Source: Bigelowiella natans CCMP2755 (lineage: Eukaryota > Protista > Cercozoa). Taken from it: DNA of 58,398 nucleotides. Where the stretch lies: NCBI GenBank assembly GCA_000320545.1, contig ADNK01001539.1:1-58398 (forward strand), read 5' to 3'. The notes under the pieces were generated by a model that saw nothing but the letters and a program-made list of their open reading frames with translations, searched no databases and was not told the DNA's origin. A program made the translations under genes and the position numbers. This document shows positions 11,901 through 24,261 of this stretch, piece after piece (within the stretch, counting starts at the first letter, position 1; every line of letters begins with the position of its first letter).

Positions 11901-14685
11901 CCCAGCAGCTAGTACAACGTACTCTTGTATATCTCCCTCTCCGAACCTGGTCTTCATCGTTTGCTCAGCTATGGAGAGACTCGAAGACGGGAGCGGTAAT
12001 ACTGTTAGACTGAAAATGAATGAACTGGAGGCGCCCATATTATCCACTATGCGCGCTCTTATTGTAACGACGTTTGAGAGCCCATCGCTTGCAGACAGAA
12101 CCGTCGAATAATATCCAGCTTGTCTGGGCTCGCAGAGGTCCAGGAAGAAAGGCACCTCGGATGGAATGCTGAGCATAAAAACACGGAAAATGTTTAAATG
12201 CATCGCGCGGGACCATTGAGTTTCTATCAAAGCAGCTACCTTTTTCCAGGGTCATCTTCATAGTCCTGCACCTCGGCGGTGGTATGGCGTGACGTAACCA
12301 TTTGGAACTGATATCGAAGAGGCAGATCTACATCAGTCCAGCCTTCGCAGCTGAGCCTGAATGACGTGATCATAGCCGTTCCGACTGGAGGAGAGCCTTT
12401 GCAGGTCCCTAGAATGTGCAAAATTTCAGATGTTGCCGCGGGGCAGAATTATATTAGAAGCACTTCTGTCTACCAAATACTGGCGGATAATTTGTTTGAA
12501 TAGTGACGCTTGCTTCTCCGTGATCATCGTGTTCTTCCTTTAGACCTGAGTACCAAGCTTTGATGGAGAACGTGTACGTGCTTCCAGGAGTCAGTGAATT
12601 CGGTCTTATGATTAGATTCTCTGTTGTTGTATCAGAGAGCAGATTTCGACTGTCAGAAAGATTGAAGTTTCCAGAGGTACAATACCACCGCTGACTTAAG
12701 CCAAAGGCTTTGGACACGTTCCCGCTTCTTATAACTACAAAAATACACATGAAATTACTAAGGGTGCTTGAATGATGGTTTTTGTTTGAATGTTAGTTTT
12801 TTTTAACTGCAGAACCTGCAGAGAGGGTTAATTTCGTATGGACGTTGACGAAAATGGAACGGGATTTTATTGAAACAGACGGAATATCTGCCACTGTTGT
12901 GCGGATAATTTGCACCGCTTTTCCCGATCTCTCCCGCCTCGAAGCATTGCTTGTTGCGATGAGTTCTAGCATATATGTTTGGTTCGCCACAAGATGATTT
13001 GCAGAGATCCGAGCAGATGTCGCGTTGGCGGTGGATAGCGCAACAGCAGTGCCATTCGCAACATTGGTGAGAGACCAATTAAAACTCAATCGTGATAACT
13101 GATACGCTGTATCTATGGACTTTTCCCCATCAAATGTAATATAAGCTCCTGCAGAGAGGGATACTAACCGCTCTGAGCCACCAGAAATGACTGCTTGTAC
13201 GGGTTCATCCGTTACGTTCACTGTAAACGTCACATTAGTGTCGCCAACAGAATTTCCTAAAAAAAAAATAAGAACGGCTCTAGTTCTGTGAGACTGATTT
13301 AATACTTTTGATCAACCTGTTGCATCCTTTGTGCTAGCGATCATCGAAAATTGGTAGGTACTACCAATGTCCAGGACAAATGCGGGGAGTCGGAGATACG
13401 CTGACGTCGGTTGCGGGATTTGAATCTGGCACACAAATTACAGCATTGTTACTCCTCGGGTAGAGGATGATTGATGATACTCGCCGCCACCTGTGTTGGG
13501 CCTGATGCCTGATGCCACTGAGCCAGCGTCGATAAAATCACACGTTCGCCTCCATTCTAATTTTTACGCGGAGTTACTGGAGAACTTCAGTATATCACAA
13601 GGGTAAACCTTAGGTATGCTGCATTCTGCTGGGCGCACTTGGACGGCGATGTTTAGTGGTTCACTTCGCTTGGCGACGATGTGTGTTGGGCCAGGAAGAT
13701 GCAGTATGGGAACGGCTTTGGATGACTAACGTCACAGCATTAATTAAAACCGCAATATCCGCATTCGTTTGTGACAAAGCACCCTGAGAGCAATCATTCA
13801 TACCTTGCGAAAGATGTGGGTCGCAGAACTTGAAATCCCTAGCCAATTTCTCGCATGAACCTAACATAGAAAATAAGTAGTGGTTACTAACACGGAATTG
13901 GATTGCACGTGTACGACTGCAGACCCTGAACGAGTAGACGTTGCCCATGCGAAAAGACGATGATCTTACAAGAGCTCTGCTCTCTGAAACAAACAAGTGG
14001 AATGTTGATAATAAAATGGCGAGGAAACCATTAAATCGAGCACCATTGACTGCCCTCATAGCATCCTGAATGGAAGAAGTAAAAGCGGAGGAATGTGGAA
14101 AGCTCGAGCCTATTCCAATTCGAAGAGGATATTGATCGTGAGAAAGAATGCAACAACACTGTGATAAATTTCGTAGACCTATAAATGTCCAGTTGTAGAC
14201 GAACGGCCGCCCTGAACAACAGACAATTTCTGGCTCAATCCAAAAAGAATGCGTTGAGAACAGCATTTTCCGTTCGAATTAGCGAATTTGTCCGTTATCA
14301 CCTGCGCTTCCCTGTCCAACCGAGTCCAGAGCGATAGCAGCGTCACAAGCACCGATCACTTCTGGTGCGACCTAGATGAGGGTTACTCTGTTATTATAAT
14401 ATTCTCTTCCAGATATCAGCAAAGAGAAGACTTCTTAGTTGAACTAACGATTGAAACTGAAACGGTGGGAGGGTTCGGTGGAAGCCCCAGGCGAAGCTCC
14501 GCTCTGCCACTCGTCGGCGCATGGGCAAGGGCATCTATGAATGATACAAACGTGATGCACGATCAATCAGGAAAATCCAGCTTTGCACCTTTTCTCTGGA
14601 CAATGTCCGGTTTTGTAATGATCAGTGAAGAGGGAACGGCAAGGAACCTGGGTTTAGGGCGCAATATAGAATAACTTTATCTATC

Positions 14686-14752
<67 letters not shown>

Positions 14753-17700
14753 CTCAAACATGAAAGCAAAGATACGTATCACCCTCGTCCAAGATGGAGA
14801 TTAAGCTGGGTTGGGGACTCCCAGATGCACGTAGGCTTTTCACTACGGAAAGGGCACAAAAGTAAACCAAATCAATTTCCAAAAATCACAAAGATCGAAA
14901 GTATGCAGGTACCCCAGCAATAACACCGAAGAAGAGTCTAGAAGGTAATTACAGGTCGCTGCCGAACTTGTTGAGCCGGGGGCATTGGTTGGAAAGTTGT
15001 AATACACATTTATCATGGTAATTGCATCATTGAACCTAACATTGAAACGCACAGAAGATTAAAGTGATCCCTCGCAACGGACGGATAATGCTCGCCAACC
15101 TCGCCAAAATGGGTGTCGGGCCGGTCATAGTAGGCGAGCCTAATATCACATGGTAGAAAGCTACGTCAAAAGAGTGCGCCAATTTTCAAATTGCGCATGA
15201 AGATTCTGTACCGGTTGATGGACTTGCAGACGGATTAACGGTGCTCGGGGCGAGAGTGGTGGGGGCATTACTCGAAGGAGAAGTTGTAGAGGGAGACATG
15301 GTGCTCGGTGCTCGCGTCGTGGGAGATGTTGTAGTCGGCGACCCTGTTGTCGGAGACGCAGTCGTTGGACTCTGAGTTGGGGACTCCGTCTGTCCTCCAA
15401 AGGCAGCAAACGCACACGTGTTCGCGACAACGTTGGAAGCAGGATTAATGCTCGAAACCGTATGGTGGCCGCCTCCATAGCTCAAGTCGCCCCACGATAC
15501 GATACTGCCGTCCGACTTCACAGCCATGAACGCCTTCTCCGTGGAATATATTGCCCGAACTCCAGAGGCGAGGAGAGAATGGACCGTCTGCGAGTTGCCA
15601 GCCATGTCTCCCCCCCAAGTCACCACACTTCCATTTGCGGTTAAAGCCGCAAATGAAAGTGAACTCGCATAGACGGCCTGAACTCCTCCGGATGATGCCA
15701 ACACCGCATTGACGGTATTAGGGGAGCCTCCATTGGAGGAAGACCCCCAAACTACCAGGCTGCCGTCAGACATCTTCGCTGCAAATGCAAATTGAGTGTT
15801 ATATACCTCCGTTAGATTTCCGGACGACAAGGCTGAGTTCACGGTCTTTGTGTTGCTTCCATAGCCTGAGTTCCCCCACGCCACAACACTTCCGTCAGAC
15901 ATGTCTGCAACGAACGCACGTTCGCTGGAGAACACCCTTTGGACTACCCCTGAGCTTAAGGCTGAACGCACAGTTCCCGAATTGCCGCCGCTTTGAGAAT
16001 TTCCCCAGATGACTACACTCCCGTTATTCCTCACTGCTGTGAACGCGCTGTTTGTGGCATACACTGTCTTGATATCTCCAGATGCCAACGCTGAACGCAC
16101 GGTGGCCGAGTTTCCGCCATAACTTGCACTTCCCCAGGTGATCACGCTATTGTTGATGGTCACAGCTGCGAATGCTCTCCACGACATGTACATCTCCCTG
16201 ACTCCTTCCAATGCCAACGCAGTAAGAACGGTTTTAGAGTTGCCTCCATAGCTCCCAGATCCCCAGGTGACGATGCTACCATTAGTCCTTAGAGCTGCAA
16301 ATGCTTGCCGTGTAGAATACACCGTCTTGAATGTCCCAGATTCCAGGGCTGAACGCACGGTCTTCGAATCACCCCCATAGGCGCTATCTCCCCATGTTAT
16401 CACACTACCGTTGAGAGTGATTACTGCAAACGCACGCTCAGAGGAGTACAAACCTTGGATTCCTACTGACATCAGCACCGTCCGCACGGTCTCCGAGTCG
16501 CCTCCGTATAGCGGGCTTCCCCAGGCAACCACACTCCCATTGGACTTCCAAGCTGCGAAAGCACGATTTGTGGAAACCACTGCTTGAACTCCTCCAGTGG
16601 CCAAAGCTGTGTTCACAGTAGCCGTACTGCCTCCGCAGGGTTGTGTGTGACCCCAGCTCACAACGCTACCTCCTGCTTTCACAGCTGCGAATGCGTTATC
16701 AGTGGAGGACATCGAAAGGGTCTGTCCGGATGCCAACGCCGAACGCACGGTCGCCGAGTTTTCTCCGAAACCGGATTGCCCCCATGTCACCACGTGGTTG
16801 TTCGACTTCACCGCTGCGAAGGCCTTGTCGCTGGCGTACACCCTCTGAACTCCTCCAGACGCCAACATGGAACGCACGGTCTCTGCATTGCCGCCAAAGT
16901 TTGGACTTCCCCATGCCACCAAACTCCCGTTGAGAGTCACAGCAGCGAATGCGTAAGATGTAGAGTGAATAGTCTTGATACCTTTTGAAGCCAGAAATGA
17001 AGTCACACTGGCTGAGCTACCACCGTAATTTGCAACGCCCCAGGTCACGAGGCTGGTGTTGTGCTTTACGGCTGCGAATGCACGCGGAGTCGAGAATATT
17101 ACTCCAATACCTCCAGACATCAGTGCTGAACGCACAGTGTCTGAGTTGCCGCCCATGCTACTATATCCCCAAGTTACAACACTACCATTGGCCAGGACCG
17201 CTGCAAAAGCACGTTCATTGGAATAAATAGCCTGAACATTCTCAGACGTCAGCACTGAACGCACAGTCAGCGAGTCGCCTCCGTAGTTCCCTGCTCCCCA
17301 ACTCACTACGTGCCCGGAGAGGGTCACAGCTGCAAACGCATTATGAGAAGCGCGCACAGTACGGACTCCGGATGCCAGAGCTGAGCGCACGGTTCTATCG
17401 TCACCACCTCCGCTTGAATCACCCCAAACCGTTATGCTACCGTTCATTTTGACAGCAGCGAATGCGTACAAAGTGGAGGAAATCGTCTGAAAGCCTCCAG
17501 ATTCCAGGGTTGACCGAAGAGTCGTCGTCCTAGCGCCGTGGCTCGAGTGCCCCCAGGTAATCACGTTTCCTTCCGACGTTATGGCTGCGAAGGCAAGTTC
17601 AGTAGAGTACACAGCCTGAGCTCTCCCAGATGCCAGCGCTGCTTGAACAGTCATTGAGTTGCCACCATTCCCACTGACTCCCCACGTTACCACACTTCCG

Positions 17701-18035
17701 TTGTGAAGCACAGCCGCGAAGGCAACATTATTTGAGTACACAGCTTTCACGCTAGAGGATAAAGCTTGACGCACAGTCTCAGAATCGCCCCCCTCTTTCG
17801 GATCTCCCCATGTAACCACGCTACCATCCGTCTTCAAAGCTGCGAAAGCTAAATTAGTGGAGGTCACATTTTGTACGGAAGAACCCAAAGCATCAGCAAC
17901 ACAGGATGAGTCGGCACCGTCTGACCACCAGCAATCTCCCCCCCACGTAACTACATTGGACTGGGAAAGGACAGAGCTGCTATTCTGGCTCGCTAAGAGG
18001 TGAGCTTCGCGACGAAACCCTGAGCCATCTTCCAA
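8953..18035 (-). CDS. Polycystin-1/REJ-GPS-like receptor: ~20 RCC1-like repeats, S/T/P stalk, REJ/PKD-like region, GAIN/GPS, ~5 TM helices, C-terminal PDZ-like domain; multi-exon, 5' end unresolved
   Basis: ORF 15186-18035 has 20 'AFAA-x-x-x-x-GSVVTWG...GG' units of ~43 aa followed by TxSPT repeats. Small exons 12250-15140 read as REJ-like (PTCIWESPTQLNLHLG, LIIRPNSLTPGSTYTFSI, FRLSCEGWTDVDLPLRYQF). ORF 9114-12230 has the GPS motif CTYWNGSHWSGRG...CESSHLTLFALL, the PKD1-like RHPWL...MNSQKRLLVLL, TM helices and GIQIGWLVVRINGEAV. A phase-2 splice links to the last exon ending at 8953. Confidence 0.8.
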
Positions 18036-20099
18036 AGCTAGATTCCTGTCTGGGGAGATAAAACTTGTTTCCTTCCCTTCCGGCTGATGACGATGTGATT
18101 GATAAAGGTTTACACCAATCCATAAATTAGTAACGGCAAAGAATTGTTAACAACTTACTCAAGTCATTTCCTCATTTTGTAATGGTGAGTATGTTTGTGG
18201 AGGTGGAGTCAAAGGGCGCGTATTTTTTGGTTTCCATCTTGTATCAGAAGGACAAAAAGGAAGAGAAATACTTTCGGTTGCCTTAAAAATGGAAAAATCT
18301 GACAGGTAAAGATTAGATGGGAGCTTACCGGCTTTACAGAAGGGAGTTGTGCAGGCTTCGGGATGAATGATGAACTAAATGACATAATCGAGAATATGAG
18401 CTCTATATTGCCTATCTAAAAAGGCAAGTAGTTCAAGACGAACTTTTCTTGAAAGCCTAGTGAATTCAATCTCGTGATGACTACCTCCTCACTGAGCCCA
18501 AGGAAAATAGAAGCAACCACGCATATGCAGACGGTAGCGGATTCTTCAGCGCCATTTCACTACTATCAAACTCAGAACTCCATGCTTCACTGCATCGCGC
18601 CGTTCTGCTCTAAACCATTTGCTCAATTGCCTTCACGTCGATGGCTGATTATCGTCTCTCTACACCGATAACCGAGCTCCTACGTGGATGGGGGCCCTAG
18701 ATGCAACTGGTTGATTATAAAAACGTCCGAAGAACAAGTGCAAGCTCGTTGCTCTGCTCTTATTAATCCTTGAAATGAGCTAGAGCTACATGTAGATCTA
18801 CATGGAACATTCTCAACTGGCGACTTCTACCGTTACGACAGAAAGGCATACGAGGAAATCAGGAAACCGCATAGCATTTTCGGGGAAATATTATGTTTTG
18901 GTTGGTCGCAGCTTCCCAATAGCCTCAACTGAGATGCCTGACATGTAGAAGTTACTGTACACCTTTTGATGGGTATGTGTAGATCTATGAGTTTTAGACA
19001 AATTTTCTTTTTTTCAACATTCATCAATAAAAAATCCAGGCGATTTAAATTTAACCTTGGGAAAATCCGATGGGACAGTACGAATCCCCGATGTTTTGGT
19101 GTGAGTAAGGCTAATTTTAGTCGCGAAAGACCACTGCATTTGATGATGATGAAACAAAGTTGGAACAGAATTTGTCGAAGCTCTCTCTGATTTTATTTTT
19201 TCCCAGACCAAACCCGTTAGATCTACTTTTAGCCTATTGAATGTTTGGACACGGTAGTCAAGAGGAATTAATTAATCCCGCTGGATCTGATCTGCAAAAC
19301 CCATTTCACACCCAGACCCCCCGACGCGTCTGCGGCCAACATCCATAGAAGAGCCTCTGTCGACACACCCAAAACAACAGGTAGCATATATAGATTAACG
19401 AACCTTGCTCGTTCAAGTCTGAATTCTCGAGGGGGCATCGATGCCAATTTATCTCTGACTGCTGGCTGCGTCCTAGGCATCGCATTATCAACGTACGTAC
19501 AACACCAGTGGCTACACAAGCTGCGGGACAATATTCATCTTCTGATGTTTACCGGATAGCTTACGACGTCCTGTGTAATCTTGTTTTTTCCTGAAGAGTT
19601 CCGGTCCGTGAATGTGCCAGACAACCTACTAGGATCAAGATGAACACATAGAATTTTCATAAGTAGTATCTAAATTATAAGGATCTCACCCGTAGGCTGA
19701 AATTGCGATCGGGAGATTCAGTACAAAATAGTTAAAATGTTTTGTCCGTCATCAATGATTAAGTATTTCGCATGTGTTTGCGACGTCTACTTTGCGTTGT
19801 GCACATAATGTACACAGATTTACGTTTACATATCATCGTCATCTATGATATTGTGTCATCAAAATGATGAATTTGAAATCAATACCAACGTCGTAGGCCA
19901 ACCTATGAATGCAGCTAGCTCGCTTGACATGCGAGCTGTAAAACGAATCGCACGTACAGTGCAAACTCATTCGCAGCGGAGCAAAAAGTCCTGTCTGCGT
20001 CGACCAAAACAAGCTATCGATGACTTTATTTTAAATGCACCTTAAATGGTTTCTTGTACCAGCAACGCTAGAACGTGGCGCTGGTGGATGGGCCAAACG

Positions 20100-20572
20100 T
20101 TTCGTTACGTCGCCGTGGATCGAAGCAAATCGCACTGCTGCTGCACTGCTGCTCGCTCCGATCCATGCTAGCATGGCATGCGACAGCCCTGGCAGCTTTC
20201 ATTAGAAAATGACCTAGGTAACCTAGAAACGCACTGAATTACACGAAGTTGCATTTTCGCGCAAACCGACTGGACTGATGCAAGCTTCGTGTCAGCGCAT
20301 GCTAGCATGGCAGCACATGAGGGACCACACAGGCTGCCGTGCATCGAATCACCTCCGGCTTTCGTTGGCTCGCACGTTATCGTTGCATGAATGAATAATA
20401 AACACAGCAATGCAATTAGGCATGCACGTTTGCTGATTACCATCTAGCTGTGTGCAAGGCACATGTCATTCATATGTGTGCTACACACTGATAGCTAGCG
20501 TAGGAATTTGTCCACGACGTACGCACAGATGCGCGTGTGTGGATTCATGTGCAAGGAGCACACACACACACT

Positions 20573-20612
<40 letters not shown>

Positions 20613-20780
20613 ATTTTCCTTCTTTGCACCTATCTACATGCACGTACATGCCTCTGACAAAACAAATGGCATCAGCATCGCACATGTGACACTTTTTTGC
20701 TGTTGTGTTTTGCGTGCGTAATCGCTGACAGCAGTTGGCAAAATGGCATGAATCGCGCTTCATGTTTTAGGTTTACGCGG
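20100..20780. other. Partially TpA-depleted, TG/CA-rich intergenic island
   Basis: gctagcatggcatg, catgcacg and cacatgtg motifs; reduced TA, often in CTAG. Downstream of the gene ending at 20919. Confidence 0.55.
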
Positions 20781-20918
20781 GCTACTAATTTCCAAAAGTG
20801 CCTTAGCATTGTCGTTTTGAAAGGTATGCAGCGCTATGTATGTCTTATAGATACAATTCATCATACTTGAATCTTACATTTATGTTACAGATACATAAAG
20901 TGACGAAGACATTACTTA

Positions 20919-22414
20919 TCACTTGATTTCATCTGCCATGCGCTTCGTGGCTTCCGAAGCAAATAGAACTGGAGCAAATGCGACGGGAACAAATAGGAGA
21001 GCTACTCGGGCAGCAACCCCGTCTAGTGTTGGCGATATGAGGGATATTTGCATGAGTGTGTGAAAACCAAAGATCCATAGATAATAAATTACACTAAGCC
21101 CCTGGAGCATGCTTGTTACGACTGGCATGTGAGTTCCGCCGAGTAGAACAAACGAATAGAGCATGTTTAGTGCGCCCCAAATCATAGTGAAGAGTCCAGA
21201 CATTACTGCGACATCAGGGTAATAGATGAACGTTGGGGGGTAGACGACAGGGGCAGAAAGTGAGTTTGGTCCTTCCTGTACGCGTGTCCATCCTGCAGCA
21301 GTGAGTACACCAACGCCTAGAATTGTGTCGAAGAAGGAGTAAACCATATACCGGTAAATATTGGGCCTTGGATTATCGTTAGCGGCCTCGTCCGTCTGGC
21401 AACGATACAGATTGTACGTTGCATAGTATTGAAAGCCAAGCATGACGGCACAAATTACGAGGTTGGGTATATAGTGACCCATCCAGAAAGTAACTTCCTC
21501 TCGAAACTCAGTGTCCCAACCCCCTGCCGGAGGGATTGGGGGCATTAAATCTTTGTCCCAGTTGAACGCCTGAAAATAATAATAAAGTCGAATAATATTT
21601 TTGTGCTGGAATGGTGTCACGGAAATAGCTTCACGAATTACTACTGGGGTTAAAGCACTTACCGGCTGCGCAACGACGAGAGTGATGAAGTAGTACCAAG
21701 CAAGTATCAGCGTGGTAATAAGAGCCACTCCGGTTAGTTTGGGGTTGTTGATATCGAAAAAGGCAGATGCGACAGAGAGGAAGAGTCCAGTGAGGAACAC
21801 AGCCGCTTCTGCTGCAGCTCCAGAGAATACAATCCCAGGAGGAAACACATTATCAGACCCACTAAGATCTCCCGTAGGTTGTTGAAGATTGCTTGAGACG
21901 AAGATCTGTTGTAAAATAATAGCATGAGATATAGAGACACAAGTCATTATTACATGATGAAATGTCTCTGTGCGCATCTGTTTTTAAGTAAACATGTACT
22001 TGGCATGGTACATATGAATATCGAAAGTGGATTCAGTGTCCGTTTTTGTCACACGGTAATCATGAGCAGCGGACGCTACACAAAAGCTAATAAGAATAAC
22101 CCAAAACATTTTATGGTATGCGTATAGAGATACAAGTCATTATTGCGTAACATTTCTCTTTACAGGTTCAGCATTGAGTTGAACAAGGGCAAAATAATTT
22201 TTGAAAAGCTGCTCGTGGCATATCAGACGTAGAGCGACCGAACCTGTATAGATTCTGCCGATGCGCCAAAGCTGGCGATTGCCAAGATTACAGAGGCTTG
22301 AAGGGTTTTCATTTTGGTCCTGTCCATGTTGGCTGAGTAGCGCTGATCGACGGACTTGTTTCCGATGGACTGTCCGGCCTTGCGGACGTCGATCTTGTGT
22401 TCTTCGGATGACAT
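20919..22414 (-). CDS. Polytopic membrane protein (~8-9 TM), function unknown; 2 exons
   Basis: Exon 1 MSSEEHKIDV...LAIASFGASAESIQ|gt; exon 2 ag|IFVSSNLQQP...RMADEIK* (the 352-aa ORF) with many hydrophobic segments. Confidence 0.75.
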
Positions 22415-23312
22415 GGCTTCACTTCGATGCAGAGTGTTGAACGAGTTGTTATATTTCTCTCGATGCCGTAGAGATCCTGTTGAGTTGTGTTCCAAGGTTG
22501 CGCGTCGTAGACGAAGATTTTCTTCGGGTCACGGAAGGAAGCTGTAGCTAAGGAGTCAGCACAACTTCCTTTCTTTTGCGACCATCATACACTTTAAAAG
22601 GACTCGGAATCGCAGTCGCGACTTCCTAAAAATGAGTGATATGCCAAAATATTTCGAGACATCGCCTGTTCATTTCGGTCCATTTTCTGCTCTTTGAACA
22701 ACGGATTTCTTCGTTTGAATGCTCGGCACGTGTGCGACAGAAGGAAGCAATTTCGAAAAATGCGCCTCATAGCCCTGAGATTTCTCCGAAGGTGCAGGGC
22801 ATTTTTTCCTGTGAAATTGCTGCTACGTCATGCGAGCGCAAAGAAAGAAGCAGCCTGTTCACCGATGTCGCACGATCAAAAACGTCCAAGAATCTTGTCG
22901 TCCATTTTTGTCGGGAATGGAAGAATGCAAACGTGATTGCTGATGTTTCCTTTTTTTTTCATTTTTGGGAGTTGGCCGATCTGGCACTTTGAAATGGAGA
23001 CCGACACAATGGACACTAGTGACATGATGTGTGATCTGTTGTCGACAGAAGAGTTTTGGAGTGAAAAGTCTGGCTGCCCAACAATTGATGTTTGGTTCGC
23101 CACCCAACAGTGGGTGGTTGGGTGCCATTCAGGTTGTTCCAAACACCGTGGGTGGTCGGTGGTTGTGCGAACTCTCACTTTTTCATTGTGCACGAGCCAA
23201 CACATCTTGACACGTTTGCAGCGAGTGTTGCAGCATTGTCATGGCGCCATGCCCAAAATTGGACCTCGCTGGAATCAGCTCGAGGCACTGCGTTTCGCAC
23301 TTTGCAAACGTC

Positions 23313-23376
23313 GTGAACAATGAACAATGAACAATGAACAAAGCGTTGATCAAATCTGCATGCGCCAGAACCACAG
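23313..23376 (-). mobile_element. Short 3'-end fragment of a LINE-like element with a (TTCATTG)3 tail, inverted copy
   Basis: Reverse complement tgtggttctggcgcatgcagatttgatcaacgctttg(ttcattg)3 is nearly identical to 51273-51334. Confidence 0.8.
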
Positions 23377-23589
23377 TGAAGTGTTTTGGAAACGTTGTCA
23401 TCATCAAACTCACTCATTCGTTCATTCCTTGTTGAGCATCGACACTGCCGAGTTTCTGCCAGAACGTGGACAGTCTCCAGCTGTCCAGCTGTGCCAGCAA
23501 TTGACAAGCGGTTTCACCTGGCTGCAACTTCCTCCCCAGCTTCAGTCACTTTGGGACATCAGCTGGTCACGATGCTCACCACCAGCTGG

Positions 23590-23820
23590 TGGGGTGTTGA
23601 CAAGTTCTTGCAATGGCTTTTGCTGAGGTGCTACTGCGCGCACGCGCGTGTCTCCCACGTGATTTCAGCTCACGTGGTTTTGCATCAATGCTCAGTTCAT
23701 TGTTCATTGTTCATTGTCAGACTCAGGTTCTGAGCGTGTGCTCTGACAAGTCCAGAAGTCCTCGCAACGACTTCGGCTTGCAGGTTTGGAGGTGCAGCGG
23801 CGTGCAAGTGCACGTCTCCC
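23590..23820 (+). mobile_element. LINE-like 3' UTR copy with a (TTCATTG)3 tail (23590-23716), followed by a more diverged partial copy (~23743-23820)
   Basis: Aligns colinearly with 51205-51331 (gggtg-ytgacaagt-ycttgcaa...gagg...tgtctccca...atcaa-gct...ttcattg x3). Confidence 0.75.
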
Positions 23821-24261
23821 AAAGTTTCACAAAAAGTGCGTGTCTGTTCGGACCTTGGCTGCTGCAGATCGTGCCATGCACGTGCAAAGTGTGACTCAAG
23901 TGATCACAGAGTTTGACAGAGCACAATTGCGAACTTTCAAAGCCTGAATTGAATTGTCGATGAATGGCCGCCTCCAGTTCTTGTGGTGCACTGGCATGTC
24001 TAGACGTGGTGTTGCCAACAAGGGAGCAATTGGTGGTTCTGGGGTCACAGTTGGCGGTTGATGTGAACCAAACAGCCAGCTAGCCAGACAGCACGTTCAG
24101 CGTTGTGCAAGTTTCAGAAATGTTCGTGCAAGAACGTTCTAGCTTTCGATCCGGGCGCAATCTTGGCGTTCTTTTCTGTTTCTGCGAATGCGCAGCACAC
24201 TTGCAGTTCAACACAGAAACCAATTGCACAGGCTAGCAGGTGGCCAGGCTAGCAGGCTGCA

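Noticed and set aside
15186-18035. HERC2/E3 ligase call for the RCC1-repeat ORF
   Set aside because: No HECT domain; the repeats lead into a stalk and REJ/GPS receptor exons.
18160-19660. Possible minus-strand exons upstream of the RCC1/polycystin gene
   Set aside because: Could not assemble a consistent frame; may be that gene's 5' exons or a separate small gene.
23313-23716. Repeated TTCATTG units and inverted copies as a CRISPR array or DNA-transposon TIRs
   Set aside because: No repeat-spacer periodicity. They match the tail of the LINE-like element at 51.3 kb; a composite element cannot be excluded, but no TSD was seen.
22636-23926. Dense overlapping ORFs on both strands
   Set aside because: A by-product of TAA/TAG absence in the TpA-void island; no protein motifs.
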